Part shown: piece after piece, positions 24,540 through 35,310 of the stretch
How positions within the stretch are numbered: the first letter of the stretch is position 1
Layout: every line of letters starts with the position of its first letter
Source: Hypanus sabinus
Taxonomy: Eukaryota
NCBI RefSeq assembly: GCF_030144855.1
Contig: NC_082730.1
Span: 3,906,001 to 3,970,000 of the forward strand
Direction of reading: 5' to 3'
DNA length: 64,000 nt
Made by a program: the position numbers and the translations under genes
The notes under the pieces: model-generated
The model's input: the letters and a program-made list of their open reading frames with translations, nothing else
Told to the model about the DNA's origin: nothing
Database searches by the model: none

Positions 24540-25480
24540 ATGTAAGAAAGAGGGAAGGGAGTGGAATGTAAGTCTGAGGATAGTGTAAACTAAATGGGTA
24601 AAGTTACTCAAAGGTATTCTAAAGGACCAAGCATAAAAAGTATTTGGATTGGGAGATAGTTGACATGTCTCTCTGTGTGGTAGGTTGTGTCTAGATTTTT
24701 GAGGAGGCTATTGGAAAGTTGATGAAGGAAAAGCAGTTAAATTTGTCTACATGGACTTTAACAATGTCCTGCATGGGATGTTGGTGAAGAATGTTTATTG
24801 CCTTGGCATTCAGGTTGAGGTTGCAAATTGGATTCGACATCGGCTTTGCAGGTGATCTACAAGATGGTTGTCTCTTTGACTGGAGGACTGTGATTAGTGA
24901 TGTGCCTCAAGGATTGGTGCTGGGTCCTTATTGTTTGTTATCTATATCAGCGATCTGGATGACAATGTGGTTAAGTGGATCTTCAGATTTGTGGATGACA
25001 CTGATTGGGGGTGTATAGGACAGTGAGGAAGACTATCAAAGCCTGTAGGGGGACCTGCAGGGAAAATGAGCTGAAAATTGGCAGCTTGAATTTAAAGCAG
25101 ACAAGTACGAAACTTTGACCCTTGGGAAGGAAACCAGTGTGGAACTTAAATAAATTTGGAGTATTTGTGCAATTCTGGTCACCTATGTACAGGAAAGGTA
25201 TCAATTCGATTGGAAGAGTGAAGAGTATCAGGACTTGAGGACATGAGTTATAAGGGGAAGGTGGGGGAATTTCTTCACCCAGAGGGTGGAACAAGGTGCA
25301 GGTGGAAGTGTTGGAAGCAGGTTCGATTTCGATGTCTAACTGAGATTTGAATAAATATTGGGAGGGATGTGGAAGGCGTTGTCCAGATGTGGATCAATGG
25401 GGCTAGGTATAGACTAAATGGACCGAAGGGCCTCTTTAGCCACTGCAATGCTTTATGATTCAATGCAGTCTCATTGAAAG
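24540..25480 (+). mobile_element. Old internally deleted CR1 RT remnant (paralog ~56700-57830)
   Basis: Remnants of the VYMDFNN, VPQGLVLGP and FVDDT motifs with frameshifts. Confidence 0.7.
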
Positions 25481-25964
25481 GACCAGGAAGCATAGATGTT
25501 GATCCACTGAAGTTGGAGACCAGTGGGGTTGAAGGAAATGGCCAGAGGAAACTTATCCTTGCTTTCGGTGGGAGAGGGTGTGAGAACAGAGACGTAAGAA
25601 ATGGAACAGGTTCTCAGGGTCTCACACCTTCATCATAATCTGGGCAGGCAGACTGGAGATTGAGAGATTGACAGAATAGAATGGGCTGTGTCTTGTGTTG
25701 GACCAGATTCAAGGCAGCTCAGGGCTGGGGCTCACTCAGGTTTTAGGCTTTGAAGGAATGCAGGGACCACACAGAGGAGGAACAAAAGACATGGAAATGG
25801 AGAGAATTCCTGGAATAGAGCGCTATAAACAGGACATGATGGAGAGTTTGTAGATGAGTGTGGGTTGTGTTTGGGACTGTTGCGGATGGGACGAGGGCGT
25901 TGAGGATCGAGCAGTCCATGATGATCTCCTTTACTCATCTTCTATCTCTCCCTCACGCCCTCAG

Positions 25965-26252
25965 AGCCTGTGTCAGGAGCAAACATCATGGTTCAGAACA
26001 TCAATGGGACCTATAACCTCACTCTGACCTGCTCCGTGACCTCTGGCAACCCCACCAGCTTCAGTTGGTGGAGAGGAGGAGAAGTTACAGGAGACAACGG
26101 CAGCTATCACTTCTGGAGACACGGAGAGACGATACAGGTTCATTGCACAGCAGAGATCGGGGATGTGGTGTACAGGTGTGAGGCCAGCAACCCCATCAGT
26201 GAGGACACCGCACAGGTCCGGCTGGGGAACATCTATAATCTGGACACATGTA
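25965..26252 (+). CDS. CD2/SLAM-like receptor copy 1, exon encoding a C2-type Ig domain
   Basis: Acceptor ccctcag, donor A|GTGAGT, 288 nt, phase 1-1. Reads EPVSGANIMVQNINGTYNLTLTCSV...FSWWR...VYRCEASNPISEDTAQV. Canonical B/F Cys, and a YEPVS linker typical of the CD2/SLAM family. Confidence 0.93.
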
Positions 26253-26339
26253 GTGAGTGTCAGAGGAAGGAGTTGGGATTTAGTTATCTCCCCGTCCCAG
26301 GAGAGTGAGATGGGACAGCTTAGAAGAGCTTAATAAAAA

Positions 26340-26877
26340 CATTAACTTTTACAGCAGGTTACAGACCCTTTGACCCACAATGTTGTGCTAACCATGTAAC
26401 CTACTCTAAAATCTGCCCAGAATTTCCCTATAGCACAGCCCTTGAGTTTCCTAAACTCCATGCTCCTATCGAACAATCTCTTAAAAGACCCTATTGGATC
26501 TGTCTCTACCAGCATTGCTGGCAGTGCATTCCATGCACCCACCAGTCTCTATGTGAAAATTACCTCTAACAGCCTCCTTGTACCTACCTCCAAGCATCTT
26601 AAAACAATGCCCCTTTGTGTTAGCCATTTCAGTCCTTTGATAAAGCCTCTGGCTAGCCACACAATCAATGCCCCTTATCATCTTATACTCCTCCATCAGG
26701 TCACCTCTCATTCTCTTTTGCTCCAAGGAGTTCACTCAACCTATTCTCTTAAGGCATGCTCCACAATCCAGGCAACATCCTTCTAAATCTCCTCGACACA
26801 CTTTCTATGGTTTCCATATCCTTCCAGTAAGGAGATGATCAGAACTGAGCACAGTACTCCAAGTGGGGCCTAACTAA
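26340..26877 (-). mobile_element. CR1 3' end, copy-1-specific
   Basis: LEQKRMRGDLMEEYKMIRGID (ORF 26481-26735) plus 3' UTR. Confidence 0.85.
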
Positions 26878-27202
26878 GTGTATCTCCACCTCCCTCACAC
26901 TGGCCCTCAATAACCCCTCTACTCAAGCTCAGCCTCCACATCCCTGACCACTGGGTATCTTAGCCATCCTAAATAATCCTTCCCTCCAATCTAATCATTC
27001 CTTCACTCCAGCAAGATTGCACAGTTGTTTCAGTATGGACCATCTGCAAAATGCACTGCAGATCCTCACTCAGGCTATGCTGACAAATATGAGTGGAGGC
27101 TTAGTATAAAATCCAAAAATGAAGGTTACCTACAAAGTAAACGGTCCTCTGCAGTATCCTCTCAGACAGTGTCAGAGAGCAGAATACATACAAACTGAAG
27201 TT

Positions 27203-27815
27203 TTTAAGAAAGCACATGGTACATTGGCATTCATCAACCAGGGGATTGAGTTCAAGAGCCAAGAGGTAAAGTCAGACCCAACTTAGATTTCTGGTCACCT
27301 CACTGCAGGAAGGATATGGAAACTATAGAAAGGTTTCAGAGGAGATTTACAAGGACGTTGCCTGGATTGGGGAGCATGCCTTATGAGAATAGTTTGAGTG
27401 AACTCGGCCTTTTCTCCTTGGTGTGGTGGATGATGTGATGTGACCTGATAGAGGTGTATAAGAAGATAAGAGGCATTGATCGTGTGGACAGTCAGAGGCT
27501 TTCTCCCAGGGCTGAACTGTCTAACATGAGAGGGCACAGTTTTAAGGTGCTTGGAAGTAGGTACAGAGGAGATATCAGGGGTAAGTTTTTTTAACACAGA
27601 GAGTACTGAGTGAGTGGAATGGGCTGCCAGAAATGGTGGTGGAGGTGAATACAACAGTGTCTTTTAGGAGAATCCTGTATAGGCACATTGGAGCTCAGAA
27701 AAATAGAGGGCTATGGGTAGCCCTAGGTAATTTCTAAGGTAGGGACATGCTCGGCTTAGCTTTGTGGGCTGAAGGGCCTGTATTGTGCTGTAAGTTTTAT
27801 ATGTTTCTATGTTTG
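27203..27815 (+). mobile_element. CR1 3' end, copy-1-specific, in opposite orientation to 26340-26877
   Basis: KKAHGTLAFINQGIEFKS, the CR1 3' UTR and a tatgtttctatgt tail. Confidence 0.85.
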
Positions 27816-27947
27816 AGAAGATGGGCAATTTCAGTTTTGATTCCTCCACCATTTCCTTAATTCCTGTCACAACATTTCCAAATATCAACAGTATTCTTCT
27901 TTTGTGTACCAATGGGAGCACCATAGAGTAGGAGGAGGTGGAGGGGA

Positions 27948-28380
27948 GTGATGTGATAGTGACTGGAGGGAATAGAGGATGAGGGGACTGAGGGGTATTG
28001 AAGGGGTGGAGTGCAGGTCAGTGATGTGATGTTGATTAGAGGGAATGGGGAAAGAGGGGACTGACGGGTATCAGAGGGGTGGTGATGGGTTTGGAGATGA
28101 ATGATTTGATGGTGATTGGAGAGAATTGGATGGAAGGATTGAGGGGTACTGGAGGGGAGGGGTGGGATGGAGGACAGTGAGGTGATAGTGATCGGAGGGA
28201 ATCGGGACTCAGGGGACTGAGGGATATTGGAGGGAAAAAGGCTGGAGGGAAAAAGGGTGGAGGGACTGAGGGATGTTGGAAGGGAGGGGAGCAGGGTGGA
28301 GAGGTGGGGTTTGGAGGGGATTTATGTGATGGTGATTTCAGGGTACTGAGGGACCGTGTTGAGGTGACAGGGAGTTTTCT
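27948..28380 (+). repeat. Degenerate G/purine-rich ~70-80 bp tandem repeat upstream of the TM exon (paralog ~61000-61290)
   Basis: About 5 copies of gtgatgtgat(a/g)gtga(c/t)tggagggaat...ggggactgagggg. Confidence 0.7.
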
Positions 28381-28476
28381 CCGACTGAGGAGGGATGGAG
28401 TGAATTCATCAATCCTGTGTCACTGGGAGGGTGAGGACTGGATTCATCAGGAAATCTTTTCTCCTCTGTGTTACAG

Positions 28477-28626
28477 CTTCTAAACCAACAGCGGTGTCGA
28501 TTGCACTGACCCTGGTAATTGTACTGTCAGTGGCGGGGACCCTCCTGATCTTTGCTCTCACTGTGATCCTCAGGGTCACACGGAGGAGAAGAGCTGATGG
28601 AAGGGAAGGAACTTCAGGGACTGAAG
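28477..28626 (+). CDS. CD2/SLAM-like receptor copy 1, transmembrane exon
   Basis: Acceptor tgttacag, 150 nt, phase 1-1. Reads SKPTAVSIALTLVIVLSVAGTLLIFALTVILRVTRRRR, an uncharged TM plus basic stop-transfer. Donor AAG|GCAAGT (GC-AG). Confidence 0.9.
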
Positions 28627-28768
28627 GCAAGTAGATCTGACACCCTGTCGTTGAGTCTAGTAATTGGGGGAGGGACAGAGATGGGGTGGGGCAGGGAGTT
28701 GACAACAGGGTTGGGAGAGAGGAATGGTTTTAGTACAGACACTGTCACCTCTGCTTTCTGTCCCACAG

Positions 28769-28935
28769 ACCAAGCGGAGACAGGCATCATTTACACAGAC
28801 CTTCAGTGGATGCAGAAGAATCACAGTGTCGGGCAGCCCCCCAAGGGGAATGACAGGGTAATGACAGACATGTTACCCCTGGAAAGGGGCCACTCACCCT
28901 CATCGGGGCAGCCTGAACATAAGGCCTGCATGTAA
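28769..28935 (+). CDS. CD2/SLAM-like receptor copy 1, cytoplasmic/terminal exon with ITIM
   Basis: Acceptor ctttctgtcccacag. Reads DQAETGIIYTDLQWMQKNHSV...KACM*. IIYTDL fits (I/V/L/S)xYxx(L/V). Confidence 0.85.
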
Positions 28936-29138
28936 TCTGCACAATCCCAGAACCAACCACGGGTTCCTGTCACCGGAAATTGTTCAAACTACCACTGCAG
29001 AACACAGCAGCATACACACTGAGGCACAGCAAGATCACATTTACCACTGAGGAGTCAATTGAACTTTTACCTCAGTGATCTCCAAGCCTGGTCAGGCAGA
29101 TCTAACAGCAATTGTACCCTCTGTGCACACACTGTTAG

Positions 29139-29622
29139 TGGGTACACTGTCCCTACATATCCAGTCACTGGGATACACTGTCCCCACATACCCAGTCACT
29201 GGGATACACTGTCCCCACACACCCAGTCACTGGGATACACGGTCCCCAACACACCCATTCATTGGGATACACGGTCCCCAACACACACAGTCACTGGAAT
29301 ATACGGTGCCCAACACACCCAGTCTCTGGGATACACTGCCCAACACACCCAGTCACTGCGATACACTGTCCCCACACACCCAGTCACTGGGGTACACTGT
29401 CCCCCACACACCCAGTCACTGGGATACACTGTCCTCAAACACCCAGTCACTGGGATATACTGTCCCCACACACCCAGTCACTGGGATACACTGTCCCCAC
29501 ATGCCCAGTCACTGGGATATACTCTCCCCCTCACACCCAGTCACTGGGATATACTGTCCCCACACACCCAGTCACTGGGATATACTGTCCCCACACACCC
29601 ACTCACTGGGTACACTGTCCCT
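29139..29622 (+). repeat. Minisatellite, ~29-30 bp unit (CACACCCAGTCACTGGGATACACTGTCCC), ~16 copies
   Basis: Directly visible head-to-tail units with no unique spacers. Confidence 0.95.
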
Positions 29623-29729
29623 ATACATGAAGTTATGTACAGTAGTGTGTGCATTACTTATGATAAGTTGTGGGGTTAATATTTGTGTCGATGGGCAGTT
29701 TGTGAGTCCATTGTGAATGCATTGAGAAT

Positions 29730-30560
29730 GAGGCCGTGTTGATGCTGGGTTGGTACCATTGTTTGTCAGTTGATTATTGCTGATCCGAATTTCCATCATT
29801 GTGTCTTGCTTTGTATTTCCAGGTCTTTTCTGCCCATTTGTCATGTGTTGTTGTGCCCAGTCTCAATGTCTCCCCTCTCCAGAGTCCTTGTCTCTGTATC
29901 CAGTCTCCATGTCCTGTCACTAAGTCCTGGTACACATCTCCCTGTCTCCGTATCTTGTTTCCCAGTCCTGGTCCATATTTCCTTGCCTCTGTGTCCTCAT
30001 CTAGATCTCCCTGCCTCTGTGTCCTGGTCCGTATCTCCCTATCTTGATGCCCTACCTCTGGCTCCCAGTCTGTATCTCCTTGTTCCTGTGTCCTGTCTCC
30101 AGGTCCTCCCTCTGTGTTCTGGTCTGTACATCCCTTACTGGGTCCTGGGCTCTGTTTCCCTGTCTGTGTTTCCCAGTCTCCAAGACTTTCTGATGCAGTG
30201 TGTCCTATCTCTGTTTCCCTTACATCACCCAGAGCTGACAGGTTCTGTTTCTTTTGTAGTGTGCTGGTCCGGAGGTCGTTGCCGAGACTACCCCCACTGA
30301 GTACGCTGCGGTGATGTACCGTGTCAGTCCCTCCCGTGGATGGCCTGAGGACAGAGCCCCTGAACAGTATCCTGTAGTCTAGGATGGATCGTCCCTCCCT
30401 TGGAACTGGAACAAGGAGGGACAGACTCTCAGGGGGATCTGCATGTGGACTGATGGCTTGAAGATGCAGGTTTCCTCTGTCCCACTGTCGTGGTGGGGGG
30501 TGAGGACTATGGGACACGAGCATGGCTGCTCTTTCCTGCTGTACTTAGTAAGTGTTGAAT
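29730..30560 (-). mobile_element. Possible LTR-retrotransposon (Gypsy-type) 3'/LTR remnant
   Basis: Strongly strand-biased gagacac/ggac-rich sequence typical of fish LTRs. The 249-aa minus ORF lacks recognisable domains. Confidence 0.35.
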
Positions 30561-30959
30561 GTTAGTTCAATAATAGTCACCAGTTTTGTCTGGTGGAAGA
30601 GATTTTGTCAGAACGTGCCCCTGTAGATTATCACCTTGTTTAATCCTACTCAAACAGTAGTTAATAGCTAAATGAATAATGTGAGCCTGTGCCCAGTTTC
30701 CAAATGCTCACCACTCTCCCATCTTGAGTGATCAATTCTCGAACACAGGTTCACACTGATGGTGCAGAATTATCAGTGGGGAAAGATGGGGATCCAGGAG
30801 ACTCTGTCAACCTTCTGCCAGAAGTCAGGAAGGGAAAAAAGAGGGCCGAGGGGAGAAGATTTCAGAGTGACATTGGATTTACGAGGAATGGCCATCAGGT
30901 GGGACTCAGTGGAGAACAGGGATTTAAGAGAGGGAGAAAAATGGAAAGGTTTAAGGGAG

Positions 30960-31110
30960 CATCAACACACACGAAGTGCTGGAAGAACTCAACACGTCAG
31001 AGAGCACCTCTACCGGGGAATAATAGTTGACGATTCGGCTGACTGCTGCCCCAACTGCTAAGCTCCTCCAGCATGAAGTGTGTGTTGCCCAAGATTCCCA
31101 GTATCTGGTT
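30960..31110. mobile_element. Short palindromic non-autonomous element related to Penelope termini (also ~21945-22010, 38600-38700, ~60000-60120)
   Basis: Inverted arms acacacgaagtgctggaagaact... / ...gctcctccagcatgaagtgtgtgt. Confidence 0.5.
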
Positions 31111-31779
31111 GTGCCTCGGGTTTAAGGGAGAGTGAGTTTTTGGAAAGTGAGGAAAACGAGAGACAGGGATTTAATATAAACGATGCAAGGATACAGCATA
31201 GATGGGGCGATGGCCATGTTGTACAGGATCTAGCCATGTGATCTCATACACACCACATGACCATTCGAGTTCTCTACACCTCTCTAGGATGTGGAAGGCA
31301 AGTCCAAAAGTTTAACCTCCTGGGATCCAAGGCAAGTTGGTACATTAAGTACAAAGTGAGCTTGGTAATAGGAGGCAGAGAGTGATAGTGGACTGTTGCT
31401 TTTGTGATTGGAAGCCTATGGCCACTTTCATCCCATAAGGGTCATTACTGGACCCTGTGTGTGCGTGTTGGATGCGGTGTTTCATTGATTTTATTGTGTT
31501 TCTTGGATTTACTGAGTATGCCCTCAAGGGAATTAATCTCGTTTCTATATGGTGACATATATGTACTTTAATAATAAATTTATTTTGAATTTTGAATGTA
31601 CATTGTGATTTTCCATATGGATGTAGGAAAGATCCGAAGACACTGATGGAGATCTACATTATTGCAGGCAGAATAGAGAAGGAGGTTTGTACATTTTTCC
31701 TCAAGGCCTATGTGTTTAAAGCCAGCCATGGTATAAAGGTGGGGAATAGGAGGTTCAAGGGGACATTTACCATATAACC

Positions 31780-32090
31780 ATATAACAATCACAGCATGGA
31801 AACAGGCCACCTCGGCCCTCCTAGTCCATGCCGAACTCTTAATCTCACCTAGTCCCACCTACCTGCACTCAGCCCATAACCCTCCACTCCTTTCCTGTCC
31901 ATATCCTATCCAATTTTACCTTAAATGACACAACTGAACTGGCCTCTACTACTTCTACAGGAAGCTCATTCCACACAGCTATCACTCTCTGAGTAAAGAA
32001 ATACCCCCTCGTGTTTCCCTTAAACTTCTGCCCCCTAACTCTCAAATCATGTCCTCTCATTTGAATCTCCCCTACTCTCAATGGAAACAG
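31780..32090 (-). mobile_element. CR1 3' end with (ACCATATA) tail
   Basis: LRVGEIQMRGHDLRVRGQKFKGNTRGYFFTQRV, near-identical to 52811-53062. Confidence 0.85.
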
Positions 32091-33439
32091 GAGGTAAAAA
32101 TTCTCCAACACTCTACCTGAGGGTATGGAGGTGGCAGAAATTCTCACAATATTTAAGAAGTGTCTGGACAAGCAACTGTGTTACCAAGCAATGGAAAACT
32201 ATGGACCAGCTGCAGTCAAGTGTAATCTGGTACTCAGAGATTGTCACAGTTAATAAGGGTGTTTTTCTTTGTTGTGTGTCTCGATGACTCCATCGTATTC
32301 AACTCCTTTCACAAACACCTCGCAGTTCAAAGTACATTTATTATCAAAGTATGTATACGTGACACAACCTTGAGATTCATCTCCTTACAGACAGCCACAA
32401 AACAAGAAACACAAAAGAACCCATAAAGTTAAAAAGACCAACAAATGTGCAGAGAGAGAAAAAAACACGAATTGTAGAAACAATAAGAGATGCAACAGCA
32501 TTTAGAACGAAAGTGAGTCCACATACACAAAGTCTGGAGCACCTGGAACAGGCTGCAGCTTCAGCATTATCGCAGTGAAGAACGGAGCAAATGTCACAGT
32601 GCAGTGAGCAGAACCGGCCTGTCCCTCACCTCCAGTCCCAACACCCTTTCCTCTTCAATCCACCTGGCCCAGCATTTAAATCATCCAAACATCAGATCAT
32701 TCCTCATTCTCAGACAGGAGCCTTGTTGCATCGATACGCTCTGTGCATGGATCCCGCTGCCATATTCTGACCCGGACCTGACCTTTCCCAAATGACCCAG
32801 TGCTTAGATCGATCAGGCCTCGCTCTCGGTTTAGGTGGACAGTCTCCAAAGCTCCTCCACTCCCACTTTTCTCCACTTCACGTGCCCTGGCTCCATCTTA
32901 ACCATATCTCAACCTCATTCCCACCTCCTTTCCTCAAACTTCCCTCGACCTCGCTCTGACCTTGCATTGCAGCTGCACGCCTCAACCCTCGAGTCAGCCG
33001 CACCTTCTTTGTTTATGGTAATCGTTTACCTAACAAATAAGACAGACAGCAGGAGTGCCCATGTCACACCACAGCCTTATGGCTGGGGAACCCTCCCCAT
33101 TCCATACTCCACCACCCATTGTTGATGCTTCAATACATGGATGCCACCCACACAGGAAACAGGTTGTTGGTCTGAGCATGGTATCAGCCTCGGAAACACA
33201 GAAGAGGTATATCTGACAATCAATCCGGGAGCTCCTTCTCCTCCAGACATCCCCCCCATCCCCAAGATTACAATTGAAACACACATCCCCCTCCCCACTC
33301 CTCCCCCCAGGATAAATCAGAAACTGTGGTAGATAAAGAGAGTGAATACTTCTTGAAACTATCGTATCTCATCACATCAGGCCTGAGGGACATACAGATT
33401 CACAAAGTGCGATGGCACACTGTGCGGGCACACAGCAAG

Positions 33440-33790
33440 GTGAAACAAGTGACCTGGTACAAGTGGAAGGTCAGAGGCTTTTTCCCAGGGCTGAAATAGC
33501 CAGCACGAGAGGTCACAGTTTAAAGGAGCTTGGAAGTAGTTACAAAGGGGATGTCAGGGATAAGTTTTTTACACAGAGAGAGGTGAGTGTGTGGAATAGG
33601 CTGCCAGTGACAGTGGTGGAGGCAAATACGAAAGGATTTTTTAAGAGACTCCTGCAGAGGTACATGGAGCTTAGTAAAATGGAGGGCTATGGGTAACCCT
33701 GGGTAATTTCTAAAGTAAGTACATGTTTGGCACAGCATTGTGGGCCATGTGGCCTGTATAGTGCTGCAGGTTTTCTCTGCTTCTATGTAC
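33440..33790 (+). mobile_element. CR1 3' end
   Basis: QRLFPRAEIASTRGHSLKELGSSYKGDVRDKFFTQR plus 3' UTR. Confidence 0.8.
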
Positions 33791-34399
33791 AATTTCCTGG
33801 AGTTTTAAACTCCCTGGCAGGAAAGAGGGGGCCAACAGGATGGAAGCTACATGGCCAGTGGAGCTGAGGTGTCTCGTGTAGACCCTCCAGAGGATGCACC
33901 TAGCGTATCCTCTGCACCCACCACCTCTGCAGCGGGATGGAGAGGAGGTAGCGGTACCATCTTGGTCCTTGCAGGTGTGGTACTGTGCACGGGCTGTGGT
34001 CCGGTAGACGTGGAGGGCCGTCCCTCGGATTCCTCCTCCCACAACGGTTGCATGAACAGCTGGCATCAGAGAGAGGAGAGGTAGTGGAGATCGAGCAGGA
34101 CTGGGGTGATCCCAGCCTCATCTGCTCCAGAAAGTGCAGGTGTGGGGAAAAGAAACTGACCGAGATTGAAGGGCAGGACACTGGGAAGGATGACTCACTG
34201 CACGATGATTTCAAGGATCCACTACAAAAAAAATCCTGTTAATAGACCAGAGACACTTCTCTCTGTCTTCTGGGAGACCAGACATCTGTGAGTCTGTGAC
34301 AGCACCCAAAGGGATATGCTTGACACGTCCCTGTGTACAGATTTCACCAGCAACGTCATGTGAAAACAGCATCAGAGGGGGAGAGGTGTTCCATTGGCA

Positions 34400-35310
34400 G
34401 AAACAACCACAGCACAATGCAGTAACAGAAACACTGGGGTTGGCGAGATAAACTGAGGTGGAACGGGGAGAAGGGACTCACTTTGGCCTGATGGTGTTGA
34501 ACTTCAGGAGAGTTGTTGGAGCCGCACTCACCCAGGTAAGCGGACACTGCTCCAGATGAACCTTGTGGAGTGCTGAAAGCCTTGGGGTGTGAGGAGGTGA
34601 GTCACTCCCCACAGGATTGCCAGCCTCTCACCTGCTCCTGTAGACTCGGTGTTGATGTCCAGTTGAGTCTCTGGTCAGTGGTGATTACCGGATTTTGATG
34701 GTGGGGACTGGACAATGGGAATATGAGAATGAGGGTGTCAGACTCTCTTGTTGTCACAGCCTGGTACTTGTGTGGTGTGAATATCAGATCGGAAAGGTCA
34801 TGGTGTCAGGACCAGAAGCGAGGGACAGGACGGTTCTACTTACTGTTCCATGATGTTTACTCGTCTTTGCACTGAACTGAGGCTGTCTCATGCTCTCGCT
34901 GCAGTAAATACTGGCTTTGTCGCCAACTTCTCTCTGAATGTCATTTGCTTACTTTCATTGTTTGCACCTTTTTCTCTGCACATTGGGTGTTTGATTTCTC
35001 TTTGAGTGGTTTCTTTTGGGTTTCTTTGTGTTGCGGCTGCTTGCAAGGCGAGGAATCTGAAGTTCGTATTGTGGGTACACACCTTGAGAATTAATGTCCA
35101 TTGAAGTTCTCAGCCCCTTTCTGAAAGTTGTCTGGATCTTGATGGAGTGGGCTACTTCACCTGCTGGGGTGGGAATGGAACTGAAGATCGTGCAATCAGG
35201 AGTGAGTGTTCCCATTTCTGTCCTCAGGATCAAAGGAAAGTCACCGATGAAGGTGGGTGGGCCCAGGACGCTGCCCTGAGAAACTCCTGCACTGATTACC
35301 TGGGGCTGGG
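34400..35310 (-). mobile_element. Old CR1/L2-group LINE RT remnant, interrupted by an L2-like tail (~34880-35090)
   Basis: SAGVSQGSVLGPPTF...DCTIFS (a degenerate FADD region) and a QRLNWTS motif. Confidence 0.6.

Larger units (their letters stand above)
12470..28985. repeat. Segmental duplication unit, copy 1
   Basis: Collinear with 40791-61929 (~88-97% identity by eye) once copy-specific TE insertions are removed. Confidence 0.92.

Noticed and set aside
25732-25938. Minus-strand hydrophobic peptide CLLFLLCVVPAFLQSLKPE followed by GTGAG (paralog 58087-58281)
   Set aside because: There is no nearby in-frame ATG or acceptor, it would be phase 2, and no partner exon was found.
28855-28863. Internal donor AGG|GTAATG that might add a second tyrosine-motif exon
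   Set aside because: It is not conserved in copy 2 (AT), and no suitable downstream in-frame exon was found. The nearest acceptor (~29075) opens on TGA.
29059-29716. Overlapping 206/213/122-aa ORFs and a CRISPR-like periodicity
   Set aside because: These are artefacts of the 29-bp minisatellite. There are no unique spacers or cas genes, and the context is eukaryotic.
33800-34240. Several overlapping GC-rich ORFs
   Set aside because: No recognisable motifs or exon boundaries; probably a TE remnant, but it cannot be assigned.
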